NCBI GenBank assembly: GCA_938031175.1
Contig: CALHGZ010000007.1
Location: 2,999-66,998 of the forward strand
Source: Candidatus Kapaibacterium sp.
Lineage (GTDB): Bacteria > Bacteroidota > Ignavibacteria > Kapaibacteriales > UBA2268
DNA: 64,000 nucleotides
Direction: 5' to 3'
Shown here: one piece after another, positions 28,997 through 38,517 of the stretch
How the letters are laid out: each line of letters starts with the position of its first letter
Position numbering within the stretch: position 1 is the first letter of the stretch
Notes under the pieces: model-generated
What the model saw: only the letters and a program-made list of their open reading frames with translations
What the model was told of the DNA's origin: nothing
The model's database searches: none
Translations under genes and position numbers: made by a program

Positions 28997-30070
28997 TAAA
29001 GCTTTTTGTGATATTAAATTAGCAACGTGATAAACAAGTGAAGCCATTTTAGAGTAGTTCATTCTTTTCGGACCGATTAATCCAATGGAACCTTCGGCAT
29101 TACCAATACTGTAAGATGATAAGATAAGGCTGTAATCATCTAAAGCTTCGTGATTCATTTCCCCTCCAATGAAAACACGAACCTGACAATTTTTGTCTTC
29201 CCTTTGGTCAATGATATGGATTATAATATCCTCATTTTCTATTATTTCAATTACGCTTTTGATTCGTTCAACATCTTCAAATTCTGGATACTTAAGAAGA
29301 TTTTGAGTTCCGGTCATAATTAATCTGTTTTCGCTCAATCGAGGATTGAATATTCTATCAACTGATTCAATGAATAATCTAATTAATGGATGTTCTTTGA
29401 TGATTGAATTTTGAACTAATTTTGCAAAATTTTCTTTTAGAAATTTTAATTGACGTCCCCTAGCTTTTTCATTTATGTAACTGCTAATATCTGTAAGTTT
29501 AGAATGATTGATATCAAATTCGGCTTCAAGTGTAACTGTACGAACATCTTTTGAATCGAGAGCAACAACGACAAGTACCCTTGTAGAAGAAAGCTTTACT
29601 AATTCAATTTTTTCAACAATAGCTTCTTTCAGATCGGGCAATTCTACTAAACTAAGGTAATGGGATAATACACCCAATACTTTTGATGCATCCTTGAGTA
29701 AATCAGGAGACACAGAGCTTGAAATTTGCTCTTGTAAAACTTTTTTTTCACGTGTAGTTAATTCTTCTATTTTTAAAAGATGATTGACATAATACCTATA
29801 ACCTTTGTCGGTAGGTACTCTGCCAGCTGAAGTATGAGGATGGCTTATTAATTCCATCTCCTCCAAATCTGCCATTACATTTCTTATTGTAGCTGGGCTA
29901 AGCTTAAGATCGTTTTGCAGAAATTTTGCAACGAATCTTGAGCCAATTGGAGAAGCCTTAAGAATATATAGCTGGACTATAGTGTTTAAAATTGCTTTTT
30001 GTCGCTCATTTAATTCGGTATCGACAACTTTGCTCATTGTTTCACGATCAAATGTGACACAATTTATCAT
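28991..30070 (-). CDS. hrcA: Heat-inducible transcription repressor HrcA
   Basis: 359 aa. The N-terminal winged helix LNERQKAILNTIVQLYILKASPIGSRFVAK...SPATIRNVMADLEEMELISHPHTSAGRVPTDKGYRYYV is the canonical HrcA signature. Confidence 0.85.
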   Translation of the reverse strand: MINCVTFDRETMSKVVDTELNERQKAILNTIVQLYILKASPIGSRFVAKFLQNDLKLSPATIRNVMADLEEMELISHPHTSAGRVPTDKGYRYYVNHLLKIEELTTREKKVLQEQISSSVSPDLLKDASKVLGVLSHYLSLVELPDLKEAIVEKIELVKLSSTRVLVVVALDSKDVRTVTLEAEFDINHSKLTDISSYINEKARGRQLKFLKENFAKLVQNSIIKEHPLIRLFIESVDRIFNPRLSENRLIMTGTQNLLKYPEFEDVERIKSVIEIIENEDIIIHIIDQREDKNCQVRVFIGGEMNHEALDDYSLILSSYSIGNAEGSIGLIGPKRMNYSKMASLVYHVANLISQKALS

Positions 30071-30097
30071 ACGTAATTATAAATATGATATTTTATT

Positions 30098-30592
30098 CTA
30101 ACTAAACTTCTCTTTTAATTTCAATGAAACAATACCAGGAACGAAATCACTAACATCCTGCCCATAACGTGCCAATTCACGAACAATGGTTGAATTCAAA
30201 TATGTATACTTTTCGTGGGGCATCATAAATAAAGTATAAACATTTGGTTCCAATTTTCTATTCATCAAGGCTATTTGAAATTCGTATTCGAAATCGGAAA
30301 CTGCACGAATTCCTCGAATGAGTGCAATTGCTTTCTTTTCTCGCGCCAGTTCCACAGTTAAACCTCTATGGGTTATTACTTCGACATTACTGATATGAGA
30401 AAGGGAACTCCTTGTTAATTCGAGTCTTTCATTTTCGTTGAATAAAGTTTGTTTTCTGGAATTAATTGCAATCACGACTATGACTTTGTCAAACATTTGA
30501 CAAGCACGCTCAATAACATCAATATGACCATTTGTGATCGGATCGAAAGTGCCGGGATAAATTGCTATTTTTTTATCTTTTTTCTTTGCCAT
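30098..30592 (-). CDS. coaD: Phosphopantetheine adenylyltransferase
   Basis: 164 aa. IAIYPGTFDPITNGHIDVIERA is the T/HxGH nucleotidyltransferase motif of CoaD. Confidence 0.9.
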   Translation of the reverse strand: MAKKKDKKIAIYPGTFDPITNGHIDVIERACQMFDKVIVVIAINSRKQTLFNENERLELTRSSLSHISNVEVITHRGLTVELAREKKAIALIRGIRAVSDFEYEFQIALMNRKLEPNVYTLFMMPHEKYTYLNSTIVRELARYGQDVSDFVPGIVSLKLKEKFS

Positions 30593-30874
30593 TTCTTTTC
30601 CTAATTATTCAGTAATTTTAATATAAATAAATTTATCATTTTCTTCAAATCATATTTTATCAGTTAAATAACAGGCATAAGTTTGTCGGTGTTAATCGAT
30701 CTAATTTATTTCTGATTCAAAAGTTTAAGCATATATTCAGAAATAACTTATATTAGAGTAATTTCATAGAAGCAACAAAGAAATTGCTATAAATTCAATA
30801 TCAACACACTATTGTATTAACGAGCAGCTACATAGAAAAGGAATTTATGAGCTTATTATTTAGCACATAAATTT

Positions 30875-31831
30875 TTAAGAGAAGAATTTACTTAGTTTAT
30901 CAAGATCAATATTGCCTCCGGATAATATAATACCTACTTTTTTTTCGATAAAAATATTCTGGTATTCTAAAATTGCTGCTAAAGGAACTGCAGCTGAGGG
31001 TTCAACAAGCAATTTCATTCTAGAAAATATTAATTTCATAGCCGTTATTATTGATTCATCCTGAACTGTAAAAATATCATCAACAAGTGTGTTTACAATC
31101 GGGAAAGTTTTATCGCCTAACGATGTTAATAAACCATCAGCAATTGTTTTAGGATTAACAGATGGAATAATGTATCCTGCTTTTTTTGAACGGAAGGCAT
31201 CATCAGCGCCTTTGGGTTCTGCTGCAATAATTTTTATTTTAGGATTACTCCCTTTTGTTGCTATTGCTGTACCACTTATCAAGCCGCCACCACCGATTGG
31301 TGCTATTATAATGTCTAAATCTGGATAATCAATTAGAAATTCAAGAGCAGTAGTCCCTTGACCTGCAATTACATTATAATCATTATATGGATGAATAAAT
31401 TCAGCTCCAGAACTATTAATAAATTGTTCAAGAGTTTTTTCGCGAGCTTGTAAAGTCGGTTCGCAAAATATTATTTCAGCACCATAAGAACGAACAGCAT
31501 CTACTTTAACTTTTGGTGCCGAATTCGGCATAATTACTGTCGCATTAGTTCCAAGAATATTTGCTGAATAAGCAAGAGCTTGTGCAAAATTACCTGATGA
31601 ATGTGTTGCAACACCATTTATTAATTGTTCTGGCGATAATTGTAATATTGCATTCAATGCTCCTCGTGTCTTGAATGCTCCTACTTTTTGGAAATTCTCG
31701 CATTTAAAATACAGCTTTGCTGAAAACAAATCATTAAGTTTTTGTGAAGTAAAAACGGGTGTATGATGAATATATCTTTTTATCCTTCCATAACTTGCTA
31801 TTATGTCATTGAAATCTGGTTTAATTATCAT
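30875..31831 (-). CDS. PLP-dependent threonine/serine dehydratase (tryptophan-synthase beta fold)
   Basis: 318 aa. The PLP-lysine motif FKCENFQKVGAFKTRGALN is present, with the glycine-rich loop GGGGLISG. Confidence 0.75.
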   Translation of the reverse strand: MIIKPDFNDIIASYGRIKRYIHHTPVFTSQKLNDLFSAKLYFKCENFQKVGAFKTRGALNAILQLSPEQLINGVATHSSGNFAQALAYSANILGTNATVIMPNSAPKVKVDAVRSYGAEIIFCEPTLQAREKTLEQFINSSGAEFIHPYNDYNVIAGQGTTALEFLIDYPDLDIIIAPIGGGGLISGTAIATKGSNPKIKIIAAEPKGADDAFRSKKAGYIIPSVNPKTIADGLLTSLGDKTFPIVNTLVDDIFTVQDESIITAMKLIFSRMKLLVEPSAAVPLAAILEYQNIFIEKKVGIILSGGNIDLDKLSKFFS

Positions 31832-33041
31832 CTCTTTTCTCTAAATCATATTTATTGATTTTCCTATATAAGGAACGTTCGCTTATGCCAAGAGCATTTG
31901 CTGCATTTCGCCTGTTTCCGTTGTATTTTTCAAGTGCTATTTCTATCAATTGCTTTTCTATATCCTCAAGATTTAATGAATCGAGATTAATTTTATCTAT
32001 TTCCTTTTCTATTGAATAATTTTTTATGTTTTTTGCTGGATTTTGATTAAAGCTAATATTTTCGATTTTTTCATTGAGATTAAGGATAATTTCTTTCAAA
32101 TCATTAATAGAATTTCGCAATTCGAGTAGTGTACGAAAAATTAAACCAAGTTCAAATTGTTGAGCATATTCATTCTTGATGGTTTGAATTATAGAGCGTT
32201 CGTATGGCATATCTCTTGCCTCATGTGCAGGCAAAGCTGCTGGCAGATAGCGACTTAGAATCTGTGGAGTGATATAATCGCCTTTTTCAATCGTAACAAT
32301 TGTTTCCACAAGATTTTTCAGTTCTCTAATGTTACCTTTCCAGTGTAAACTTTTCAAAATATCTAAAGCATCGAGTGAAATTCCCTGATACCTAATTCCA
32401 AGTTTTGAACAGGTTTTTTCTGCAAAATAATCTACTAATTGAGGAATATCTTCAATATGTTTTCTGAGAGGAGGTAATTTGATATGTACTGCATTCAATC
32501 TATAGAATAAGTCTTCTCTGAATTTACCTTGTGCAACTTCAATTTCCAATTCTCTATTGGTAGCAGCAATAAGCCGAACATCAACTTTATGAAGAGTTGA
32601 AGAACCTAATCTGGAAAATTCACCGGATTCAAGTACTCTTAATAGCTTTACCTGTGTCCCAAGTGGCATTTCACCAATTTCATCAAGGAAAATAGTACCT
32701 TTGTGAGCTGATTCAAAAAAACCTGTCCTTTGGTCTATAGCACCTGTGAATGCACCTTTTTCGTGACCAAAAAGTTCAGACTCTAATAGTGTCTCGGGTA
32801 TCGCTCCGCAATTGACGCTAACCATTGGATATTTCCTTCTATTGCTCATACCATGAATAGCATTAGCAAAGACTTCCTTGCCCGTACCTGTTTCCCCCGT
32901 TATAAGTACCGGTAAATCAGTCGGAGCAACTTGAATAACTTTTTCTATTGCAGAGATAATTTCCGGTGAATTTCCAATGATACCATAGCGCATTTGCACC
33001 AGATTGATAGAAATGTTATTTCTTTCTTCGCTATATTCCAT
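31821..33041 (-). CDS. Sigma-54-dependent transcriptional activator (AAA+ and Fis-type HTH, no N-terminal sensory domain)
   Basis: Walker A GETGTGKEV, the GAFTGA sigma-54 contact motif (EKGAFTGA), an arginine finger and the C-terminal HTH NRRNAANALGISERSLYRKI are all present. Only ~15-40 aa precede the AAA+ core. The start was chosen at the internal Met (33041) to avoid a 68 nt overlap with the upstream gene. Confidence 0.8.
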   Translation of the reverse strand: MEYSEERNNISINLVQMRYGIIGNSPEIISAIEKVIQVAPTDLPVLITGETGTGKEVFANAIHGMSNRRKYPMVSVNCGAIPETLLESELFGHEKGAFTGAIDQRTGFFESAHKGTIFLDEIGEMPLGTQVKLLRVLESGEFSRLGSSTLHKVDVRLIAATNRELEIEVAQGKFREDLFYRLNAVHIKLPPLRKHIEDIPQLVDYFAEKTCSKLGIRYQGISLDALDILKSLHWKGNIRELKNLVETIVTIEKGDYITPQILSRYLPAALPAHEARDMPYERSIIQTIKNEYAQQFELGLIFRTLLELRNSINDLKEIILNLNEKIENISFNQNPAKNIKNYSIEKEIDKINLDSLNLEDIEKQLIEIALEKYNGNRRNAANALGISERSLYRKINKYDLEKRDDN

Positions 33042-33048
33042 GATTAGT

Positions 33049-33546
33049 TTAGAGTGGTTGTTTGTTTGACCAATCTTCCCAACCGCCATGATATATAAAT
33101 ATTGGTTTGAATCCAAAGTGAAGCAATTCTTTTGCTAATTTATGGCTCAAATCACAGGTACCACCGTCACAGTAAACGATAATAGTCTTATTTTGAGGAA
33201 TTTGAAATATGCTTTCTACGTATTGTTGTTCATCTTCATATTCGGGGAATATATTTATTGCCCCATCAATACAAGCTTCGTCATATTGATCAGGACTTCG
33301 TGCATCTATTAATACAAACCGATCATCATTGATAATTTTGAGCATTTGCTCATAACTCACAGTCATATCTAAATCTTTTTCCGTTGTTTCGTATGAAAAG
33401 TTATATAAGATAGAGTCGGGTACTATATTACTTGATACTTGTGTTGGTATAAGTGGTAGTGGAGATGCCTGAAATGCATTATAAATTAATCCTATGGTCG
33501 AGGCGAAAATTAGGATAATGAGAATTTCTATAATCAGTCTTTTCAT
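33049..33546 (-). CDS. Membrane-anchored single-domain rhodanese (sulfurtransferase)
   Basis: 165 aa with an N-terminal TM helix. The rhodanese core is FVLIDARSPDQYDEACIDGAINI...IIVYCDGGTCD. Confidence 0.6.
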   Translation of the reverse strand: MKRLIIEILIILIFASTIGLIYNAFQASPLPLIPTQVSSNIVPDSILYNFSYETTEKDLDMTVSYEQMLKIINDDRFVLIDARSPDQYDEACIDGAINIFPEYEDEQQYVESIFQIPQNKTIIVYCDGGTCDLSHKLAKELLHFGFKPIFIYHGGWEDWSNKQPL

Positions 33547-33564
33547 ATCAACTCAAATTTGTTA

Positions 33565-33939
33565 CTAAAAATTATATTTTCTTTTAAAAAATTCATAAGC
33601 ATTAATTATTTCTTTTGCTTTTTCTAATCTGAACTTTCTTTCCTCATCTGTTAGATTATTCAAAGTATCAGGATGATAATATTTAATTTTTTTTCTAAAA
33701 GCTGATTTAATTTCTTCAATAGAAGCATTTTTATTAATACCTAAGTCCAAACATGCTTTATCAAAATCTGTATTATCAGTTTTTTGTCTATTAAAATTTT
33801 TGTATTGATTTTTACTATTTAATTCCTCAATTATTTTCTTCAATTCATAATCTTCAAGATCATAATAATATTCATCCTGCTTATCTTTAATTAAGTATGA
33901 TTTAGCAATTTTTGATATCCTTTTTAAAATCTGTTTCAT
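33565..33939 (-). CDS. J-domain (DnaJ-like) protein
   Basis: 124 aa. The C-terminal EEIKSAFRKKIKYYHPDT carries the HPD tripeptide of J-domains. Confidence 0.5.
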   Translation of the reverse strand: MKQILKRISKIAKSYLIKDKQDEYYYDLEDYELKKIIEELNSKNQYKNFNRQKTDNTDFDKACLDLGINKNASIEEIKSAFRKKIKYYHPDTLNNLTDEERKFRLEKAKEIINAYEFFKRKYNF

Positions 33940-33942
33940 AAA

Positions 33943-34485
33943 TTAATCTGTTTTTTGTTCATTAAAGCGAGCCAGAATGAAATCAACAGCATCATCAGGG
34001 GAATCAACTATTTTAACAAAACTCAAGTTATCCACAACAGAATCTGAATAAAATGCCATAGTTTGAGCTATTTCATTCCATTGCTCTCCTAGACAAACGA
34101 AAGGCTTTTCGCCGATTATACCTCGTGACTTGAAAGCCCAAATAATAGAAAATTCTGCTAAGGTTCCTGTACCACCGGGTAATACTAAATATGCATCAGC
34201 TATTTCTAATAATTTTAAGAGTCTTTCCACATAGTTCGAAGTTTGAATTTCTTCAGTAACATAAGGATTTTTACTTTTATCAGAATAGAAGCTTGTAGTT
34301 ATTCCAATTTTTTTAACATTCAGTTCAAAGGCACCTTTTAATGCAGCTTCCATAACACCTGTATAAGCACCAGTAACTATATCCACTCCATTTTCTGCAA
34401 GTCTCCTACCAATATATAAGGCGCTTTCGTATTCAAAACTTCCCTCTTTTGCTAAAGCACTTCCTAAAATACTGACTTTTGGCAT
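33943..34485 (-). CDS. LOG-family (TIGR00730) Rossmann-fold nucleotide-binding protein
   Basis: 180 aa. The PGGTGTLAEF motif (GGxGTxxE) and overall length match LOG / lysine-decarboxylase-like proteins. Confidence 0.65.
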   Translation of the reverse strand: MPKVSILGSALAKEGSFEYESALYIGRRLAENGVDIVTGAYTGVMEAALKGAFELNVKKIGITTSFYSDKSKNPYVTEEIQTSNYVERLLKLLEIADAYLVLPGGTGTLAEFSIIWAFKSRGIIGEKPFVCLGEQWNEIAQTMAFYSDSVVDNLSFVKIVDSPDDAVDFILARFNEQKTD

Positions 34486-34817
34486 ATCTCAAATAATATT
34501 GTAAAATTTAAAAGACGTAAATTATATATCTTTGTTTTGTTTACATAATAATAACATATATACATAAATCAATCACAAAATTTTAAGATTGATATTAAAA
34601 GATGTGGCAATAGATAATTTTAAGATACCTCGAGCTAAAACGATTAGTTTTAGTTTTCCCCACTATTTTTTTTGTTGTTGATTAAAAAGAAATATTTCTA
34701 CAAAGTTTGCAAAACAACAAAATATTGAAGAGTGAACTATGTTCATAATATTGCATTTTAGGAATATATGAATTTTGAATTGGAATTAAAATTTAATCGC
34801 TGATTTTCTGAATGTAT

Positions 34818-35111
34818 TCATATAAACTTAAGAAGAATGGATGCTATCTCTTTCCATTCTTGTTCATAACTTTGATTTGGCATAGATTTGTTAGCGATGT
34901 GGTACCAATAAGAAGCATTATAAATATCGGGTTCTTTGCGATGTAAATACGCGTGTACCCAAGCCGATTCCTTTGAATTTCTAGCCTGGACGATACGATG
35001 AGCTAAATCCCAGTCGCCTTTCGCATCATACCATAGCGCTTTTAGTTCAGGACTTAGATTCTCAGGGGGATATTCATGCCTAAGCGTGTCAATAAATTCT
35101 TTAATTGTCAT
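34818..35111 (-). CDS. Small His/Trp/Tyr-rich hypothetical protein co-transcribed downstream of the P-type ATPase
   Basis: 97 aa ORF starting 6 nt after the ATPase stop on the same strand. No known motif was recognised. It contains clustered H/W/Y (AWVHAYLHRKEPDIYNASYWYHIA). Confidence 0.35.
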   Translation of the reverse strand: MTIKEFIDTLRHEYPPENLSPELKALWYDAKGDWDLAHRIVQARNSKESAWVHAYLHRKEPDIYNASYWYHIANKSMPNQSYEQEWKEIASILLKFI

Positions 35112-35117
35112 ATTAAT

Positions 35118-37937
35118 TTATTTTTTGGCTATGTTTGTCTCAATATAAGCGTGAATAAATTTGAAAATTTCGATCAAAACAATTATTGAGAATGAAACTC
35201 CGAAAACAATAAGCCAATCAAAAAAGTTTAATGGTGTTGTATCAAGTAAAACATTCATAAAATCAAATGATACGGCTGAGATCTGCATTAATATAGCGAA
35301 AATCATAACAGCGATTAATAGAGGATTCTGATTAATACTAACATTGTCTAATTTTTCTCCGTAATTTTCTTTGGAATTCATTAACGGATGTGGTAACTTA
35401 AAGAATAGGGATCTATTTATAGAACGGGAATTCTGTGCATTCCAAATCTGAAAAAATGCTAATACGCAAAATGCCATTGTGCGGGCTTTATCAAGGTCGG
35501 GATCATTAAAAGGAATCTCAAATATACTTTGTTCGAATCCGGATACGTAATAATAAAATACACCCAAAGTTCCAATCATCATCACAATTCCAGCAAAAAC
35601 AACCCTACGTATTATAGCCCAGTTAATTAATGGTTCGTCTCTTCTTCTTGGTTTGAATGCCATAACATTTCCGTGTTCTTTTTCAAAAGCTAAAGGAAAA
35701 GTATGAGTACCATCTGTTACTAAATTTATCCACAAAAGTTGAGCTGGTAAAAGTGGAAGAGGAAAGCCAAGAGTTACAGAAGTAGCTATTGTAAATAAAC
35801 CACCAAAACTTGTGGAAAGGATATAAATTAAAATATGCTGTAGATTATGTAGCACAACCCTCCCTCTTCTTACAGCTTTAACAATCGTTGCAAAATTATC
35901 ATCAAGTAGAATCATTTGTGCTGATTCCTTAGCCACATCGGTACCACTTCCCATCGCAACCCCAATATCTGCTTGTTTTAAAGCAGGTGCATCATTGACT
36001 CCATCACCTGTCATTGCAACAATCGAATTATGCTTTTGTAGTTGTTTTACAATTCTGAATTTATGATGAGGCGCAACCCGAGCATAAACATCGATTTTTG
36101 TTGCTTTTTCGAATAAATTTTCATCGTCCATGGAATCCAACTCTATGCCGGTAATTGCCTCGGGTTTTTCTTTTTCCGGAGCTATGCCTACTGTTTTAGC
36201 AACAGTTGAGGCAGTTTTGATATGATCACCGGTTATCATTACAACTCTAATACCAGCTTGATAGCATTGATGCACGGCATCAATAGCCTCTGGTCTAACA
36301 GCATCTTCGATTCCGGCAAAACCAAGGAAGGTAAGTTTTGATAAATTTTCTAATTTTAATGGCAAGCTTGATTTTTGCTCTGCATAAGCAAGAGCTAATA
36401 CTCTTAGTCCTCTTTGTGAAAAATTAGCTATTACTGAATTTACTTGTTCTAAATCTATATTTAAAAGTTTATTGTCCTTATTTATCATATTTGAACAACG
36501 GTTTAATATTTTCTCGGGTGCTCCTTTTGCGAGGATATATTCTTTATCTTGGTTTTTAGCATATACTGCCATTAATTGATTCTCTGATTCAAATGGGATA
36601 TCAACGCTCACTTCCCATCCATTTTTATTGAAGCCGAGCTTCTCAGCTAAAATCATTAAAGCACCTTCGGTCGGGTCGCCGATTATTTCCCATTCACCGT
36701 TTTTTTCTTTTATGGATGATTCACTGCATAAAGCTCCAATAATTGCAGATAATTCAATACTTTTTGAGTAATTTGCATTAATATGTTCTTCTGTATCTAA
36801 ATCTATGACTTTTCCATCTTTTTGGTAGCCAGAGCCCGTAACAGTATAATAATTTCCTGCTATCCATAGATTTGTAACGGTCATCTGGTTTTTAGTCAAA
36901 GTACCAGTTTTATCTGTACATATTACATTGGTACTTCCTAAAGTTTCAACAGCAGCTAATTTTTTTACAATGGCTTTATGTTTAGCCATTTGATAAATAC
37001 CAATAGATAGAGTAATTGTAACAGCAACAGGTAAACCTTCAGGAATAGCCGAAACTGCCAGACCAACCGAAGTTAATAGCATAACAAGTAATTCATTTCC
37101 ACGCAAAAAACCTATAATGAATATTAGTAAAATAACAGTCATAATGGAAATGCTAAGCCATTTACCAAATTGCTCAATATTTTTTTGTAGGGGTGATTCT
37201 GTTTCTTCAGCAGCAGCAACATTTTCTGAAATTTTCCCTAATTCAGTATTAGTGCCAACAGCAACTACAACAGCAAGTCCTCTGCCTTTTTGGATTATAG
37301 TTCCCGAATAAATCATATTTATTCTATCGCCTAAAACAGTTGGTTCATCTAAAATAACATCATGTTTTTTATGAATAGGAAAAGACTCCCCTGTAAGCAT
37401 AGATTCATCAACCATGAGGTTTTGAGCATCGATTAACCTCGCATCAGCAGGAGCACGTACTCCGCTTTCCAAATAGATAATATCCCCTACAACTAGGTCA
37501 GTAGTTGGGATTGATATTTGCTGACCATCTCTGATCACTCGTGCGGATGGGGAAGCCATTTTGCGTAGTGATTTAAGTGCGTCCGATGCTTTTCTCTCTT
37601 GAATAAAGCCTATTGTTGTATTTAATATTACTACAAATGCTATTACAAATGTATCTTTTAAATCACCAACAATTGTTGTAAAAATTGCCGCAATAATTAG
37701 TATTATTATTACAGGATTATTGAATTGCTCAAGCAGAAGTACAAAATTCGATTTTTCTTTATAAATCTGTAATTTATTTTCGCCGTATTCTTTTTTTCGT
37801 TTTTCAACTTCTTTGGATGAAATCCCATTTTTGCTGTTTGTGGATAGTATTTTTAGTATTTCATCAATTGATTTACTGTGCCAATTTTTCTCATTCATAT
37901 TAATTTTTACAAATTCCTTAAATAAAACATATCTCAA
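35118..37937 (-). CDS. P-type cation-transporting ATPase (type II, Ca2+/Mn2+-ATPase-like)
   Basis: 939 aa. The phosphorylation motif CTDKTGTLTKNQM, hinge MTGDGVNDAPALK, TGES-like actuator region and ten predicted TM helices are present. Confidence 0.9.
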   Translation of the reverse strand: MRYVLFKEFVKINMNEKNWHSKSIDEILKILSTNSKNGISSKEVEKRKKEYGENKLQIYKEKSNFVLLLEQFNNPVIIILIIAAIFTTIVGDLKDTFVIAFVVILNTTIGFIQERKASDALKSLRKMASPSARVIRDGQQISIPTTDLVVGDIIYLESGVRAPADARLIDAQNLMVDESMLTGESFPIHKKHDVILDEPTVLGDRINMIYSGTIIQKGRGLAVVVAVGTNTELGKISENVAAAEETESPLQKNIEQFGKWLSISIMTVILLIFIIGFLRGNELLVMLLTSVGLAVSAIPEGLPVAVTITLSIGIYQMAKHKAIVKKLAAVETLGSTNVICTDKTGTLTKNQMTVTNLWIAGNYYTVTGSGYQKDGKVIDLDTEEHINANYSKSIELSAIIGALCSESSIKEKNGEWEIIGDPTEGALMILAEKLGFNKNGWEVSVDIPFESENQLMAVYAKNQDKEYILAKGAPEKILNRCSNMINKDNKLLNIDLEQVNSVIANFSQRGLRVLALAYAEQKSSLPLKLENLSKLTFLGFAGIEDAVRPEAIDAVHQCYQAGIRVVMITGDHIKTASTVAKTVGIAPEKEKPEAITGIELDSMDDENLFEKATKIDVYARVAPHHKFRIVKQLQKHNSIVAMTGDGVNDAPALKQADIGVAMGSGTDVAKESAQMILLDDNFATIVKAVRRGRVVLHNLQHILIYILSTSFGGLFTIATSVTLGFPLPLLPAQLLWINLVTDGTHTFPLAFEKEHGNVMAFKPRRRDEPLINWAIIRRVVFAGIVMMIGTLGVFYYYVSGFEQSIFEIPFNDPDLDKARTMAFCVLAFFQIWNAQNSRSINRSLFFKLPHPLMNSKENYGEKLDNVSINQNPLLIAVMIFAILMQISAVSFDFMNVLLDTTPLNFFDWLIVFGVSFSIIVLIEIFKFIHAYIETNIAKK

Positions 37938-38068
37938 AATTAATAAACAGTTTTGAATATAGATGTTTTACAAAATTGATATTCCAGGAAAAAATTTTTG
38001 GATAATTCAATTAATTTAAATTATATTTGCATATCAATCTTTTCTTTGAAATTCATTGAAGGTATAAA

Positions 38069-38174
38069 CTCCCCCGCAACCGGAGAAACATACCTCATCT
38101 CTATCTCAGCACATTGTGGCGGCTCTATTTCGTGCTCTATTTCTCTTCTTACTCCACGGCGGGGGAGCTTTTTT
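38069..38174. ncRNA. GC-rich structured element (candidate small RNA or cis-regulatory leader) in an AT-rich spacer
   Basis: A 9 bp perfect G/C inverted repeat CTCCCCCGC (38069-38077) / GCGGGGGAG (38159-38167) is extended by CCGGAG/CTCC. It encloses ~80 nt containing an inner AGCAC/GTGCT helix and is followed by T6. Local GC is roughly 50% against a ~30% background. Confidence 0.3.
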
Positions 38175-38268
38175 AATTATATAGCGGTTAATTCTTTTTA
38201 TTTGTATCAGATTTAATTCAAAATTCAAAGCAAATAGAAATAACATTATTTGGTTCATAATGGGCTTT

Positions 38269-38517
38269 TTATCCGTGGATTATTTTCATAACTAAAATTA
38301 TTGATGCAAGGCTAAGCGTTAGCAAATTTGCAACTATAATTGGCAAAGATGATAACAATATTCCATAAACAAGCCACAATGCGACCCCCAGAGTGAATAT
38401 GATATACATACCAAGAGAGATGTCTTCTGTTTTTCTAGTTTTTATTACCTTTATTACTTGTGGTAAAAATGCCAATGTGGTTAAAAATCCAGCTGTAAAT
38501 CCAAGTATATCAATCAT
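38269..38517 (-). CDS. SemiSWEET (PQ-loop/MtN3) sugar transporter
   Basis: 82 aa, three TM helices. LAFLPQVIKVIKTRKTEDISLGMYI contains the PQ-loop motif. Its start overlaps the pth stop by 8 nt. Confidence 0.6.
   Translation of the reverse strand: MIDILGFTAGFLTTLAFLPQVIKVIKTRKTEDISLGMYIIFTLGVALWLVYGILLSSLPIIVANLLTLSLASIILVMKIIHG

Noticed and set aside
30593-30874. Possible CIRCE operator near hrcA/coaD (TTAGCACATAAATTTTTAAGAG around 30850)
   Set aside because: Only the left half-site TTAGCAC is present. The right half GAGTGCTAA after a 9 nt spacer is missing.
38069-38174. Could the GC-rich element be SRP (4.5S) RNA?
   Set aside because: Both have a long GC-rich closing helix and CCCGCAAC-like 5' sequence. 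The conserved domain IV motif (GGAAGCAGC / GNRA-closed symmetric loop) is absent on either strand. It is kept as an unassigned structured element.
37998-38216. 72 aa + strand ORF in the ATPase/SemiSWEET spacer
   Set aside because: It overlaps the structured GC-rich element and has low-complexity composition and no start context. It is most likely non-coding.
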